Positions 23,647-34,748 of a stretch of DNA of 64,000 bases are shown here, in pieces. A program made the position numbers and the translations under genes. Position 1 is the stretch's first letter, and the number at the start of each line of letters is the position of its first letter. The DNA is taken from NCBI GenBank assembly GCA_000004985.1, contig GG738854.1; one strand, 5' to 3'. The notes below the pieces were generated by a model. It had not been told where the DNA came from, searched no databases, and saw only the letters and a program-made list of their open reading frames with translations. Origin of the DNA: Naegleria gruberi (Eukaryota).

Positions 23647-24975
23647 TTAATCAAAAACTTTGAAAATAAATTGCATGAAACGATCAGAATAACTGCTTGG
23701 TGGAACTGTCGAGATGGTAGATGAATCATTCTTCATACTCTTGATATTGTTTGCTGCCTTCTTTCTCAGACCATACTTGGTGAAATAATCAATAAATCCA
23801 AAGTAATAAAATTCCTGAGAGTTTTTGGTGTTGGTAATTATTTGAAATTTGTCTCTTCCTTTTTCATTATTAGATTTGATATGATTTTGAATTGCTTCCA
23901 AAGTTCCCTCTTTTGGTGCCACAATGCCTGTGATGAGGGAATAGTCCATTACTATTTCACAAATTAGAAAGAGTTAGGTAAATTTGGATTATTTGAATTA
24001 CAAACCTTCACATGATGTGAAAAAGTTAACATCCTTCTTGAGTTGGAAAAGCATTTCTATTGACAAATCTTGCCCAATGTGGAACTTCATATTTTCATTA
24101 ATTAAATCCAAATCCTTCTTGATATTTTCTCCTTCCTTTGCAATTCTATCTGTTGTCGATCCTTTCAAATCATAAATCTTATTCATTTCAAAACCAACAT
24201 TAGGATCTTGAAGTTTGGCTCCAGAATTTGCAGTTGTTGGTGATGAAACTGAGCTGACACTCGAAGTTGTAGCAGTTGGTGCCTGGAACAAGTATTTCAT
24301 CACTACAAATCTAAAATCAGAGCCGTCCAATGTAAATTTGTGAAGTCCAAAAACTGGTACAATCAATGTATTTGGTTCATTCTTGATATATTCCATTAAG
24401 AGAGGTAAAATAACATTTCTAATAGTCTTGCTTTCATCCTTTGTCACTGTCTTGATGAGTAATTTCTTATCCTCTGTTACTGCAAACAAGGAACCACTTT
24501 TCCCATTCATTGTCTTCCATTCAAACTTGGTGTGACCTATTGAATTGAAATATTCTCTATCATTCATGCCACATGTTTTTCTCAAGTTTCCAAAATCGAG
24601 AGGACGAAAATCCTTGAATGAAAAAGCTTTGCAACTGTTGGTTTGTTTTTACATCATCACGAATCACATCAGACGTTTGATTGAAGTGCCAAAAAATCCA
24701 ATAATGGCCATGAAAAACCATCACGGATACAGATTATTTTAAATGATTTTACAACCTTTCCAATAAGAAGATTAGTATAATACTTACTCATTAGTCTTTG
24801 GCATCTTTAGTGATTTTTCCTTCTCAACTTCCTTTGCATATTTTTCACCTTCCTCAGCAGTTCTCTTCAATGAATATCTAATCACTGCTTTAATTTTAAG
24901 TTCAATTTCTTTAAAACGTGGTGAGTCCAAGGAGTTGTCACCAGGGCTATTTGTTGTTGGTGTTGAAGCCTTCAT
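23647..24975 (-). CDS. Phosphatidylinositol phosphate kinase (PIPK catalytic domain only, ~373 aa), 3 exons (24975-24788, 24634-24006, 23951-23647)
   Basis: GKSGSLFAVTEDKKLLIKTVTKDESKTIRN... and C-terminal MDYSLITGIV...YYFGFIDYFTKYGLRKK are PIPK signatures. Introns are 153 nt (GTAAGT..AACAG) and 54 nt (GTTTGT..AAATAG). Exon lengths 188+629+305 = 1122 nt in frame. Confidence 0.8.
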
Positions 24976-25619
24976 TTTTCTTTGTATTTCGTTATTCGAA
25001 ATTGGCCGAAACAGACTTGGGACCTTGTCAGTGTGTTTTGTTTGTTTTTAAAAGAGAAATTGTCTCTTGCTGTTTGTATCGTCTAAAATACAGAGATTCG
25101 TCAAAGTGTGCTCTACAGTTCGCTGTTTTTCCACAACATGAAGAAGAAAATGCACAAAAGGTCTCCTTGTTAATTTTGTAGCACCAATTTATCGAGATGA
25201 CAAACGTCACAATTTTTTTTGGACATGTTTGGTTGAGTATGTGCAACATTCCTGTTTGTGAAGGATAGCAAGGTCCTTAAGGTTTGAGGAAATTGTTTCC
25301 TTTGGAAGTGTTTTGTGTCTATTTACAAATCTTCCTTAGTGGATGCTTAACAGATAAGGACTAAAGGAAAGTAATATTCGGTTGATATTCGAAATGATGT
25401 GTTTACCCTTAACAATGAAAAAATGAGAGGATATTTAGATTTATGTGTGGTTTGAAATAATAGATCTGATCATTTAAGGGAGTTTGATAAGAAATAAACA
25501 AGGCATGTTCATACAATTTTAACTTTGAATAATATCTTTTATTGTTCTTTCAGGAAACTTTGATTCACAAACATTTAAATACATTGTAAGTGATGCTTCC
25601 TCATCACAGAACATTAGCA

Positions 25620-26582
25620 TCATTGAAGAGTTTCAACTCTCCAGCAGAATGCCTCATCTTTTACTCTGGAGAAAAACAATTCCATCTTATTTCTATCATA
25701 CAAATCTTCGTGCTCTTCTTCTTCTTCATATTCATCTGAATAATTAATGAAAGGATAGTTGTATGCTACAGCAAGCTTAATACCCTGACCGTAAGGTAAG
25801 AACTCCAGATAGAGATAGGTTTGATGTTCCTCCACGAAATACATCTTACATGATTCATCATACTTGAGAGTTTTTTGTTTCTTTCTACAAGATTCCTCTC
25901 TGGAAGTTTCTTCTTCATCAATAGCTACAGTTTCATCACTAGCACTTTGTGAATTCACTTCTTGTTCTCTAGTGTTGATTGAAATATCATAAAATCCCTT
26001 CGATATCTTCAATACTGAAATGTTTTCTAAAGGATTTTCTAGATATTGCTTAAAGTGATTATGTAGTTCATCATAACTTTTAAAATCAATTCGTTCTTCA
26101 AAAAAGCCTTCAATCTCAGTATACTCTTTAGGTATTGCAGAGCGAGCCATGCTGTTCGCAAATAGAGTAAACAACATATTTTTAATGCCAATTCCATTCA
26201 TTCCAAAGTTATCTTGAAAAAGTGGTTGGATAGCCTTAACCTTACTCTCATAACATTGCATTCCATTGATGCTCATTGCCTCATAAACAACATATAAACC
26301 AGCAATCATTTCGGAATCAAAGTAACCATAGAATTTCGATTCATTAACAATATTACCAAAGTCTTTCAAAGTGATAAACTCTTCGCCATTTTCATCTTTT
26401 TGAATAGCTGTACAGGATTTAATTTCTCTCAAGAACCAAGCCTGATTTCTTGTAGTCGATTCACTGAGGTATTTTCTAATCTTTTCTACCATTATTTTGC
26501 AATTACCTGTTGCCTTGATAAATTCACTAATATTGCCCATTTTTTTTACTATTGGTTTAATTTCTAGTTTTGCAACGAACAT
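25620..26582 (-). CDS. Hypothetical protein, 320 aa, acidic C-terminus
   Basis: Long ORF with coding-like codon usage; no recognisable domain. Confidence 0.4.
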   Translation of the reverse strand: MFVAKLEIKPIVKKMGNISEFIKATGNCKIMVEKIRKYLSESTTRNQAWFLREIKSCTAIQKDENGEEFITLKDFGNIVNESKFYGYFDSEMIAGLYVVYEAMSINGMQCYESKVKAIQPLFQDNFGMNGIGIKNMLFTLFANSMARSAIPKEYTEIEGFFEERIDFKSYDELHNHFKQYLENPLENISVLKISKGFYDISINTREQEVNSQSASDETVAIDEEETSREESCRKKQKTLKYDESCKMYFVEEHQTYLYLEFLPYGQGIKLAVAYNYPFINYSDEYEEEEEHEDLYDRNKMELFFSRVKDEAFCWRVETLQ

Positions 26583-26800
26583 CTAATTAACTGCTGTAGA
26601 ATGTTGTTGTGCTATGTATTCGTTCTACGAACAAAATTTTTAGAGTTGAGGAAAAGTAATTTTAATAAATAAATTATCATTCGATTCATTTGTGAATACT
26701 CTTCATTAGATTCCAACTCAACAAAGAAACCCCAAGAAATAGGCAACAAGGAAATAATTAGATGAAAGTTCAAAAGATCATTTATATTGTTTTTCAGTTA

Positions 26801-27565
26801 TTAGAAACTTTTCAATCTTTCATTTACTTGTTCTAAATTGAATTCACCTTCAACCTTCATATTCGTTTCATCAATTTCTCCTCCCTGTCCATCAATGCAA
26901 TAAACCAACCTATTCTCACCCAATGAATTATTCCTTTCTTCCACTAACTTTTCCTGTTTATCACTTTGCAATTCAATATTCACTTTCCACTCCTTTCCAT
27001 AAGTATAGAATAATTGCATTTCTCTATTCTTATCCTCTGCAAATACATCCTGCAATAGGAAGTCATGTTCTTCCTGAATGTGTGGAAAGTGTCGATGCGT
27101 GGCATTCTCACTACTCTCATACGACGGCATTTGGAGAATACTTTTAGTATTTCCATAGAATTTTCCAGAAGAATCAATATAGTAATGAGGATGAATTCGA
27201 TGAGTTTCATTATTCCAATCCAAAGCATCCATTACAATATTGAAAAAATAATGCAAATTGATGGTGGAAGGAACGTGAATCGTTCTGAAAAAGTGTGATA
27301 GATGGGAAACTGAAATTTTGAAAATCAAATAAGGGGATTCAGAGTGATCGATTTTGGAAACCTTGTTGGATGGTTGAGTATGTTCATTGAGTGATTCATC
27401 TTCGATGAATGAGTCTTTTTTGGTGTTGGGACTTGTGTTTTCAATGTTTGCACGCTTTTTATCGATATGATGGGATTCTTGTTCTTGCAGATGTTGTTGG
27501 TGAAGTTCAATTTTGTGAGGCAAGTGGTGATAAACCGAATCCTTTCGAATATTAGAAGTAGACAT
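26801..27565 (-). CDS. Protein with plasmid pRiA4b ORF-3-like domain (Pfam PF07929-like), His/Gln-rich N-terminus
   Basis: YLIFKISVSHLSHFFRTIHVPSTINLHYFFNIVMDALDWNNETHRIHPHYYI ... LFYTYGKEWKVNIELQ follows the PRiA4_ORF3 pattern (..IWRRilVP..tL.dLH.vIQ.AmGW...HLHeF.i ... F.YeYDFGD.WeH.i.lE). Recalled from memory, not searched. Confidence 0.5.
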   Translation of the reverse strand: MSTSNIRKDSVYHHLPHKIELHQQHLQEQESHHIDKKRANIENTSPNTKKDSFIEDESLNEHTQPSNKVSKIDHSESPYLIFKISVSHLSHFFRTIHVPSTINLHYFFNIVMDALDWNNETHRIHPHYYIDSSGKFYGNTKSILQMPSYESSENATHRHFPHIQEEHDFLLQDVFAEDKNREMQLFYTYGKEWKVNIELQSDKQEKLVEERNNSLGENRLVYCIDGQGGEIDETNMKVEGEFNLEQVNERLKSF

Positions 27566-27723
27566 TTTTTTTTAAGGTTTGAAAATCAAATTTAGGAATT
27601 TTCCAACTTTATTTCGTTCAATTTATTCAATGCAAGATTATCTTCAATATTCAAATTAAGATTACAATTTCAAAAATCAAGTTTATTTCAAAATATTAAA
27701 TTTAAAAAAAAATATTGAAATGA

Positions 27724-28979
27724 ATGAACGCTAACACTCACCACACAAAGCCATCAAGAACATCAAGCCTTGAGCAAAAATCTGTGATGAAAACAAATAA
27801 TCACAAAAGCAAGAACAAATCCTATGCTAACGATTCATCCATTGAAAGATTATTAGATGCACTCGATCAGATATTCTCCCTCTTGGAACAATTTTCCTTT
27901 GCCAATATTAGTCATTTCCTATCCATTCCGATGCAATATGTGGGAAAGATTGCGAGTCGATTGGCAATTTCGGGAGGAAAAGTAGGCTCCAATTTATTTG
28001 ATACAGTTTTGGATTTGCTAACGCCAGTTTCTACTCTCTTTGATCAGTATCAAACTTGTATGTATTTGTTTTTGTAATATATAGGAGGAATTTATGAAGG
28101 AATTATTTAATATTAAAAATTAAATAATATTTAATCATCATGATGAAAATTAGATTATGGATATTATAGAGGAAGTTCCTATTTTAATGCAAATGAATTG
28201 GTAGTAACGAGGATTTATAATTATTTGGAACGACAAATTGTTGGAGTGATGGAAAAATTCAAGAATTACTTTTCATCACAATCGAATGCAAACAAATTTG
28301 TGCTGAAGAGTTTCATTGTTGGAGGATTGCTTTTGATTTGGAGATTAATGTATGTCTATTGGAGATTTAAGAGAGATTATGAGAGAAATACATCAGCTAC
28401 AATGTATAATACGAATTTTATTGATGGACATGTTTCACAGACCTATGTTGATGATATGCCACTTGCTGAGAGACTGAAAAGGAGAAGTGAGTGGGAAAGA
28501 GAGAGGAAGGATCCATTCTCTAGATCAAATTCAGATATGGTTTATATGAACTCACCGAAATATTATTTACAAAATCCTTACTTTCCTCTTCAGGTTAGAA
28601 ATAACCCTCCTCAAGAAAGAAACTTTTTCACCTACTATCCTTCCTATAGAAATAGAGTTGAGGATTTGGAGTTTAGAGATGCATCATCCACCATTAATCG
28701 TTCAAACAATGGAAATAGAAGAATGAATGAGCACCGAACAGAACCTATACATCCTATAATGTAATGGAAGATGTTATGGAAAGGGATAGAAATCTGGTAG
28801 GATTGAGGAGAAGATCTCCAAATGATCCTTCTTCAGGAAATTCAAATGGCACATATCCAATGTTTTCACAACAACAGCAAGCATACTCTAATTCTTTTAA
28901 CCAATATGGAAATGGATATGGATCCTATGAAGGTTTTAATAATAATTATGGAGATGGATATGGATATTCAATCTAATTG
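27724..28979 (+). CDS. Hypothetical membrane protein with one TM segment and C-terminal Gly/Tyr/Asn-rich tail; probably 2-3 exons (ORFs 27724-28077, 28198-28764, 28764-28976)
   Basis: Three same-strand ORFs with coding-like composition. TM helix FVLKSFIVGGLLLIWRLMYVYW. YG-rich tail NQYGNGYGSYEGFNNNYGDGYGYSI. Exon junctions unresolved. Confidence 0.35.
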
Positions 28980-29068
28980 ATGCACATAACGAATAATTGA
29001 AATAGTGTTTATTATTTACATTGGACGATTAATTTACATTTGCTTAGTGATCATATGGGCTAGAAGGT

Positions 29069-29530
29069 TTAGTTTAGTTTAAATTTCAGAATAGATTCCA
29101 TGTCGACATCTAAAAATGAGTACCTTCTTCCCACGTATGCTCCATTTTGCTGCTCTGAAGCGTGAGAATCACTAGATGTATTAGATTGGTTACTTAATTC
29201 TGACATGGTACATTCGTCTATGATCTGATTATCGTCCTCGTTTGTATTTGCGAGTAACGAAAAGTTGGGGCTTCCACCAAATGAGGATTTACTGTTTTCA
29301 CACTTGTCACTCTTTGCAAAATTTGAGGATACAACACTCATGGTATCACGTGTCACTATTGATTGCTTTCTCTTGAGTGTCTTTTTGGTTTTGTTAATCT
29401 TTGAGTTATTGGGAAATGAGTAGGAATGCAGGTTCTTATCTACTTGCTCAGAGGTATTGGATGTTGGAACTATGGTTGTAGCTGGTAATCCCATCATTGC
29501 AGGGTTTGCTGGTTGATGATTTAATGCCAT
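29069..29530 (-). CDS. Hypothetical Ser/Thr/Asn-rich protein, 153 aa
   Basis: ORF only; low-complexity composition. Confidence 0.3.
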   Translation of the reverse strand: MALNHQPANPAMMGLPATTIVPTSNTSEQVDKNLHSYSFPNNSKINKTKKTLKRKQSIVTRDTMSVVSSNFAKSDKCENSKSSFGGSPNFSLLANTNEDDNQIIDECTMSELSNQSNTSSDSHASEQQNGAYVGRRYSFLDVDMESILKFKLN

Positions 29531-29733
29531 TCTTTTTTTTGTGGAAAAGTCAAAGCAGCCAGACAGTTATTTTAAACCGTGACCCAATGTGTTACTTAGT
29601 ACGGATAACGTATGGGTGATTAAAAAAGTACTGTTCCTGTTTGTTTGTTGTACAAGTTGAGTAATTTCTCAAAATTGATTGAAAACCCAAAAGCTAACAG
29701 AAAGCTAAAAATAAGTTTATTTTCTTATCCTTA

Positions 29734-31021
29734 TTACTTTTCTGGTTTTGGTGATTCTAAATTTCTGAGGAACTCTTCCTCTTTGCTTGAAGGTGGACAA
29801 ATAGAATTATTCAATGTGACAAAATCACCTTGATTATACAAACTCACTACAACAAACCAATTTCCATCAGCAAGTTCTTTTGTTAGACCATCAAAAGCAA
29901 CACCCATACTTCTTCCATTTCTGAAATATTCAACATAACCTAATGCTGTGTTTATATAAATACCAATTCTGTCACCTCTTTCACAACGTTCTCCATAATC
30001 CACTTGAGTCTTTTTTGAATACTTTTTCATTGACCAAACATTATATCCGTATGAGTTGGCAATAAATCCAACAGTCCATGAATCATTACTATTATTTTGG
30101 TTTGAAGTTTGTAAGAAAAATTCAACTAAATACATACAAATATGATGTTTTTTGTTTGCTGATACCAATTACAATATTGAAATTCTTAGTACTCTCAATT
30201 GTTACTTCATAATAATTCTTAATGTGGTATTTCAGTAATTTCATATTTCCGTAATATGTTGACAATTTTGAAGCTGTTATTTGTAATTCGTCTATTCTTT
30301 CATTTTCGAATGGTTTGTAAGATCCTACGGATGGTGATGTAATTTCTGGTCCAAGATAATTATTACCATCAGCACCAGCAACTTTGAGAATGTAATTATT
30401 ACTTGATGGAAACCCATTCACTTCCTCACTATCAGCAAAACATTCTTCCTCGATCTCTGGTTTTTCATCCAAATAACTCCAATCATCCATTTCAGAAGGT
30501 TGAGAGGACGAATAGTCCATAGCAATAATTGGATACCTTGCTGATACACTGTACCAATTCTTTCCAGTAGATTCCTTGCATATTAAGGTTTTTCCTCCAT
30601 CCACAACTACAACATTTGGGTGGCAGTTTGCCATTTGGAATCTCTTCTTTAAAAGCCACTTTTGAACAGTAAAGTAATCCACCAATTCTGTTAATCCATA
30701 ATATGATGCTTCCAATTGAACAGCCTTGGCAGTTACTGGTTGATACTTTACAGAAGGCAACATTGTAAGTGATAAATTACCTCCATTTCTCAAGTAATTC
30801 AAAAGGAAATGAAAATATGTTCCATCCCGATCAATAAATATATTTCCATCTCTATCTCGATCAACAGGGTGTCTTCCATTTGTCATTGAAGCCAACACAT
30901 GTTCCAGGTCATTCTTTCCAACCTGTTGAGTCAATGTAAATCTACTCGTAGTAAATAATTTACCACCCACATTCAATGTAATAACAGAAGGTTCCGACAA
31001 ATCAGCCGATAACAAGGACAT
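29734..31021 (-). CDS. BTB (KCTD/T1-type) + SPRY domain protein, 2 exons (31021-30138, 30088-29734; 49-nt intron GTATGT..AATAATAG)
   Basis: T1/BTB_2 region ITLNVGGKLFTTSRFTL...DRDGTYFHFLLNYLRNG. SPRY region after the intron: NDSWTVGFIANSYG...GDRIGIYINTALGYVEYFRNGRSMGVAF...WFVVVSLYNQGDFVTL. The in-frame ATG is at 31021 (the ORF-track start is upstream). Confidence 0.75.
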
Positions 31022-31608
31022 ATTAAAAATTAATGTAATATTATAATACAACGCAATCAGATGATTAAATATTTTACAACAACAAGACGTGAGGGAGAGA
31101 AGGTCCTAGGTAGACGTCGTCTTGTGTAGGCAATTTTTTTAGGCTTTGATTTATTAATAATTCGGAGGAGAGAAGCTTATTAGAGAGGAAGTACCTTTGT
31201 ACAGTTTTTCTCCACAACAAGAATAAGATTGAGGGTTTTAGCAATTAATCGATGAAGTAGTACTGGATGAGGTGTATTGATTTTTTCAGTACTTGGATTG
31301 GACAAGTTCATTTCAAAGATTGGTCCATTCGAGATGAAGCATCAATAATATCTATCTGTTGTATTGGTGTTGCCTTAAGGGGCAGGTATGATCGAATATA
31401 TTTTTGCATTACTAATAGCAAAGAGAGTTGAGTGTTCTTGTTGATAGAAGTAAAGCTGTTTACTTTTTTCGCTTTTAATTGTTGTTTTCCAAATATTTTC
31501 AAAATAAATTAATTAATTGTATGATGATGATTGTAATCCTAAATAATTTTCTATTCCTTTCATCAATATTAATTCCAATTTAATTTTCTCATCTAAGTGA
31601 TAATAAAT

Positions 31609-31929
31609 CTATTGCTTGTTGTGCTCGGAAGGAGTTTTGGCTTTAATAGAAAGAGCATGCAAACCACTCTTAAATTCCTCAGCAACAGCATCATTCACCA
31701 TACGATGACGTTCCAATAACCTCTTTCCTTGAAAGCTCTCACTCACAACAAGTAAATCAAAGTGAGTTTCTCCTGCACCTCCCGAATGTCTTGTTTCAGC
31801 ATGGTGAGCATGTCTATGTGATTGGTCTTCAAATTCCAACACGATTGGATTCAACTTTTCAGTGATTGCCTTTTGCATACGTAAGAGTCTTGTTGTTACT
31901 TGTGTGGCTTGGCTCATGATTTTGTTCAT
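31609..31929 (-). CDS. BolA-like protein, 106 aa
   Basis: HFDLLVVSESFQGKRLLERHRMVNDAVAEEF...HALSIKAKTPSE is the BolA signature. Confidence 0.85.
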   Translation of the reverse strand: MNKIMSQATQVTTRLLRMQKAITEKLNPIVLEFEDQSHRHAHHAETRHSGGAGETHFDLLVVSESFQGKRLLERHRMVNDAVAEEFKSGLHALSIKAKTPSEHNKQ

Positions 31930-32117
31930 TATTTTTGATTGTTGAAATTGATGGGATTATCCTCATCCAAAAATTTATTATTATCTGATGACGATGGATT
32001 TCTGTATTCTTTTGCTTCCACTGAATTAAAATTTGATCCTGTTAGTGCCTTTCTAATTTTCTAATGATGTGATTTTGGATGTTAATGTTGAATAATCAAT
32101 TGATTATTTAAATAATA

Positions 32118-32408
32118 TTATTTCCAAGGATTTATCCAAAAAGATGGCTTATACAGAGACACAACATCAATGGACTGATAATAGTCTTCCGATCTTGGAG
32201 GAGCCATCTCAAATTTCTTCATTTCGGAATCACTGATTTTTAGAATGGACTCAAACTTGTTGTTGAGATTTCCTTCAAACACTCCTTTACGTTCTTCCTT
32301 GCTTGGTTTTGTTTTGGCTTTTTGCTCTTTAGCTTGTTGTTTTTGCTCCTTTCTGAGTCTTCTCAGTTCATGCTTGTCTGTTGTTGTTGATGGCTGTGGA
32401 TTGTTCAT
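32118..32408 (-). CDS. Small basic Lys/Glu-rich hypothetical protein, 96 aa
   Basis: ORF only. Confidence 0.3.
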   Translation of the reverse strand: MNNPQPSTTTDKHELRRLRKEQKQQAKEQKAKTKPSKEERKGVFEGNLNNKFESILKISDSEMKKFEMAPPRSEDYYQSIDVVSLYKPSFWINPWK

Positions 32409-32529
32409 GTTGAGTTGATTTTTTTGAATATGAAAATATTTTTAGAAAACTTGTAAGATTTGAAATTGTAAAATTCGCTCAACTTCAAGATTTACAACCT
32501 CAAATTTAAACAATAAAAGAATTGAGTAT

Positions 32530-33396
32530 TTACTTGAATTTCTTGACAAACCCAGCAACATTTTTCAAATAAGGTAATAATTTTGTTACATGAGAGAGTT
32601 GACTTGCGACCTTTGGATCTGCTCCCAATCTCAAACTAGTAAATTCTACCAATTCAACAGCCAAAGACATTGGATCCAAACTATTCTTAATTACAATTTT
32701 AGAGACATCTTCCACAAGTTGATCCTTTTGCTCTTGGCTCAATAAATTGCTATATCTGATAGCCTCAAATATTATGTTCATTGATTGATAAATTACATAT
32801 TTAAACATGGTTTCTACATAAGAAATGAATGGAACCATATTCAATATTTTCGATAACCCTGATTTCTCTATTTTCATTTGATGTATTGGATGATCTTGAC
32901 TCTGAAATAAATCTTGGAAGGATTTTAAAAACTTATTTTGAGTTTCTTGATTCGTTTTCTCTTGTTCAGTTTCACATTTATCCGTTTGTTTCTGATATAC
33001 TACAAGGGCCTTTTCCTCTGCTTCCTTTTCCAATTTTTCAATGTTAATCTCCTTCAAATAGGCAATCAAATTATTAAAATACTGAAGAATATTAATGTTT
33101 GAGATTGTTTCACCAGCAGAGACAACACTTTCCTTCACCTGATTAATATATCCACCCAAATTTGCTCCAACATTTCCCATCCACTTAGAAGCAGCAGCAG
33201 AAGATGACGATGGCTGTGTATTCTTTTCATCTTCATTTTCCTTCTTCCAAAATTCATACATTTTGCATTGATGAAAATTCCTCCCAGAAAATTCTCCACT
33301 AATTCCCTTCATCATCATTGATCGGAATAGCAATCTATTCGAGGATCTTGATTGTAGAGTGGATACAACACGAACCAATGAGAAACACTTTTGCAT
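32530..33396 (-). CDS. Hypothetical protein with N-terminal mitochondrial-presequence-like segment and coiled-coil middle
   Basis: N-terminus MQKCFSLVRVVSTLQSRSSNRLLFRSMMM (Arg/Ser-rich, no acidic residues); no domain recognised. Confidence 0.4.
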   Translation of the reverse strand: MQKCFSLVRVVSTLQSRSSNRLLFRSMMMKGISGEFSGRNFHQCKMYEFWKKENEDEKNTQPSSSSAAASKWMGNVGANLGGYINQVKESVVSAGETISNINILQYFNNLIAYLKEINIEKLEKEAEEKALVVYQKQTDKCETEQEKTNQETQNKFLKSFQDLFQSQDHPIHQMKIEKSGLSKILNMVPFISYVETMFKYVIYQSMNIIFEAIRYSNLLSQEQKDQLVEDVSKIVIKNSLDPMSLAVELVEFTSLRLGADPKVASQLSHVTKLLPYLKNVAGFVKKFK

Positions 33397-33487
33397 TTTT
33401 TTTTAAATCTAATATTAAAAGTTCAATCAAAATGGAAAATCAAGATTTTACAATGGACAGTATGGTATGGTGTTTATAAAGATCCAA

Positions 33488-34603
33488 TTATAAGGCATTC
33501 AAAATTTCTTCCAACCCCTTAACAACTCTCGAATAATCATCTTCATATCCAATTGCTAATCTGATGAAGGTGTGACCGTCATGCTCTTCAGGCCAGGGGT
33601 CAGTTCTTGATGTTTTACCTCCAAATGACGTTTTGTGTTCAATAATCTTGACACGAGTCAATACACCCAAAATTTGAGATTTACTTCCTTTAACCTTGAA
33701 AGTGAAAACACTTGGTACTAGAAATTCATCCAGCACCTTAGAGAAATACTTGGAAACTAGGGTATTTGTTGGATGTGTAGAAATCATAGGATGATTAATT
33801 TCCAATACTTTTGGGTGTTTGCTCAAGTATTCGGTAATTAACCTTTTAGTCAACTTGGAAGAGTTCTCAATCCTCTCATCGATACTGTACATTTGTTGAG
33901 TAATCAATTCACAATGGAATGGAGAGACATGATTTCCATTCACTATCATCCATTCTTCAATGTGTTTCAGTGCATTCTTTGACCTAGCCAAAACATAACC
34001 TCCAATACAAGTTCCAGCACTATAGTACTTTGTCATTGACGAGACAACATAATCGACTTGTTTCACACTAAATGGATTGAAAATAGTTTCAGTCAACCAA
34101 GTATTATCCACAATAGTTGTCAATGACTTTGAAAGTGATTCCAATTTCTGTAAAATTGAAAAATCAAATATTTTACCATTTGGATTAGAACACGATTCAA
34201 AGAACAAGACATTCACTTGTTTCAACAACTTTTTGTCTTGAAATTGTGAAATAATTTGCTGAGGTTTACCAACATCCACACTCACCAAGTTAATCTTAAA
34301 GCTTTTAGCCAACCAATTGAATAATCTTGGCGAATCACAATACAGTTCATTGGAATAGATTAAATTAATTGGTCCAAACTTATTTTGACTTATAATTCCA
34401 TGGAGAGTAGCACTAATGGATTGAATTCCAGAAGATACCAATTGACAAGCTTTTGCATGAGGTTCATGTCTCTTGATGAGTAATTCTTGGAGTTCAATAT
34501 TCTCTGGTGATGATGACCGATTGTAGAAGAATTTTCCTTCAGACCCTTCACCGAGAACTAGATGTTCATCTTGGAATCGTTCGTTGGTGTGTTGTTGCAT
34601 CAT
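33488..34603 (-). CDS. Cys/Met-metabolism PLP-dependent enzyme (cystathionine gamma-synthase / beta-lyase family)
   Basis: PLP-lysine motif VDYVVSSMTKYYSAGTCIGGYVL (equivalent to SATKYxxGHsDvvxG); N-terminal fold-type I pattern. Confidence 0.75.
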   Translation of the reverse strand: MMQQHTNERFQDEHLVLGEGSEGKFFYNRSSSPENIELQELLIKRHEPHAKACQLVSSGIQSISATLHGIISQNKFGPINLIYSNELYCDSPRLFNWLAKSFKINLVSVDVGKPQQIISQFQDKKLLKQVNVLFFESCSNPNGKIFDFSILQKLESLSKSLTTIVDNTWLTETIFNPFSVKQVDYVVSSMTKYYSAGTCIGGYVLARSKNALKHIEEWMIVNGNHVSPFHCELITQQMYSIDERIENSSKLTKRLITEYLSKHPKVLEINHPMISTHPTNTLVSKYFSKVLDEFLVPSVFTFKVKGSKSQILGVLTRVKIIEHKTSFGGKTSRTDPWPEEHDGHTFIRLAIGYEDDYSRVVKGLEEILNAL

Positions 34604-34748
34604 TTTTTTTGATAGATGAATGAATATTCGGAAAGGTATCTGTTTATTACTTTAATTGTTTCAAATTCGAAATTGAAAAAGTCAAATTGAAGTTGATTGC
34701 ACAATGAATGTCTTTTCGAATGATTTCGAATAGTAATGAAGATCAGAT

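Noticed and set aside
31087-31140. Perfect 8-bp-stem hairpin (ACAAGACG...CGTCTTGT) followed by a T7 run
   Set aside because: Looks like a bacterial rho-independent terminator, but this is eukaryotic nuclear DNA. It is intergenic and I see no RNA gene around it; most likely chance.
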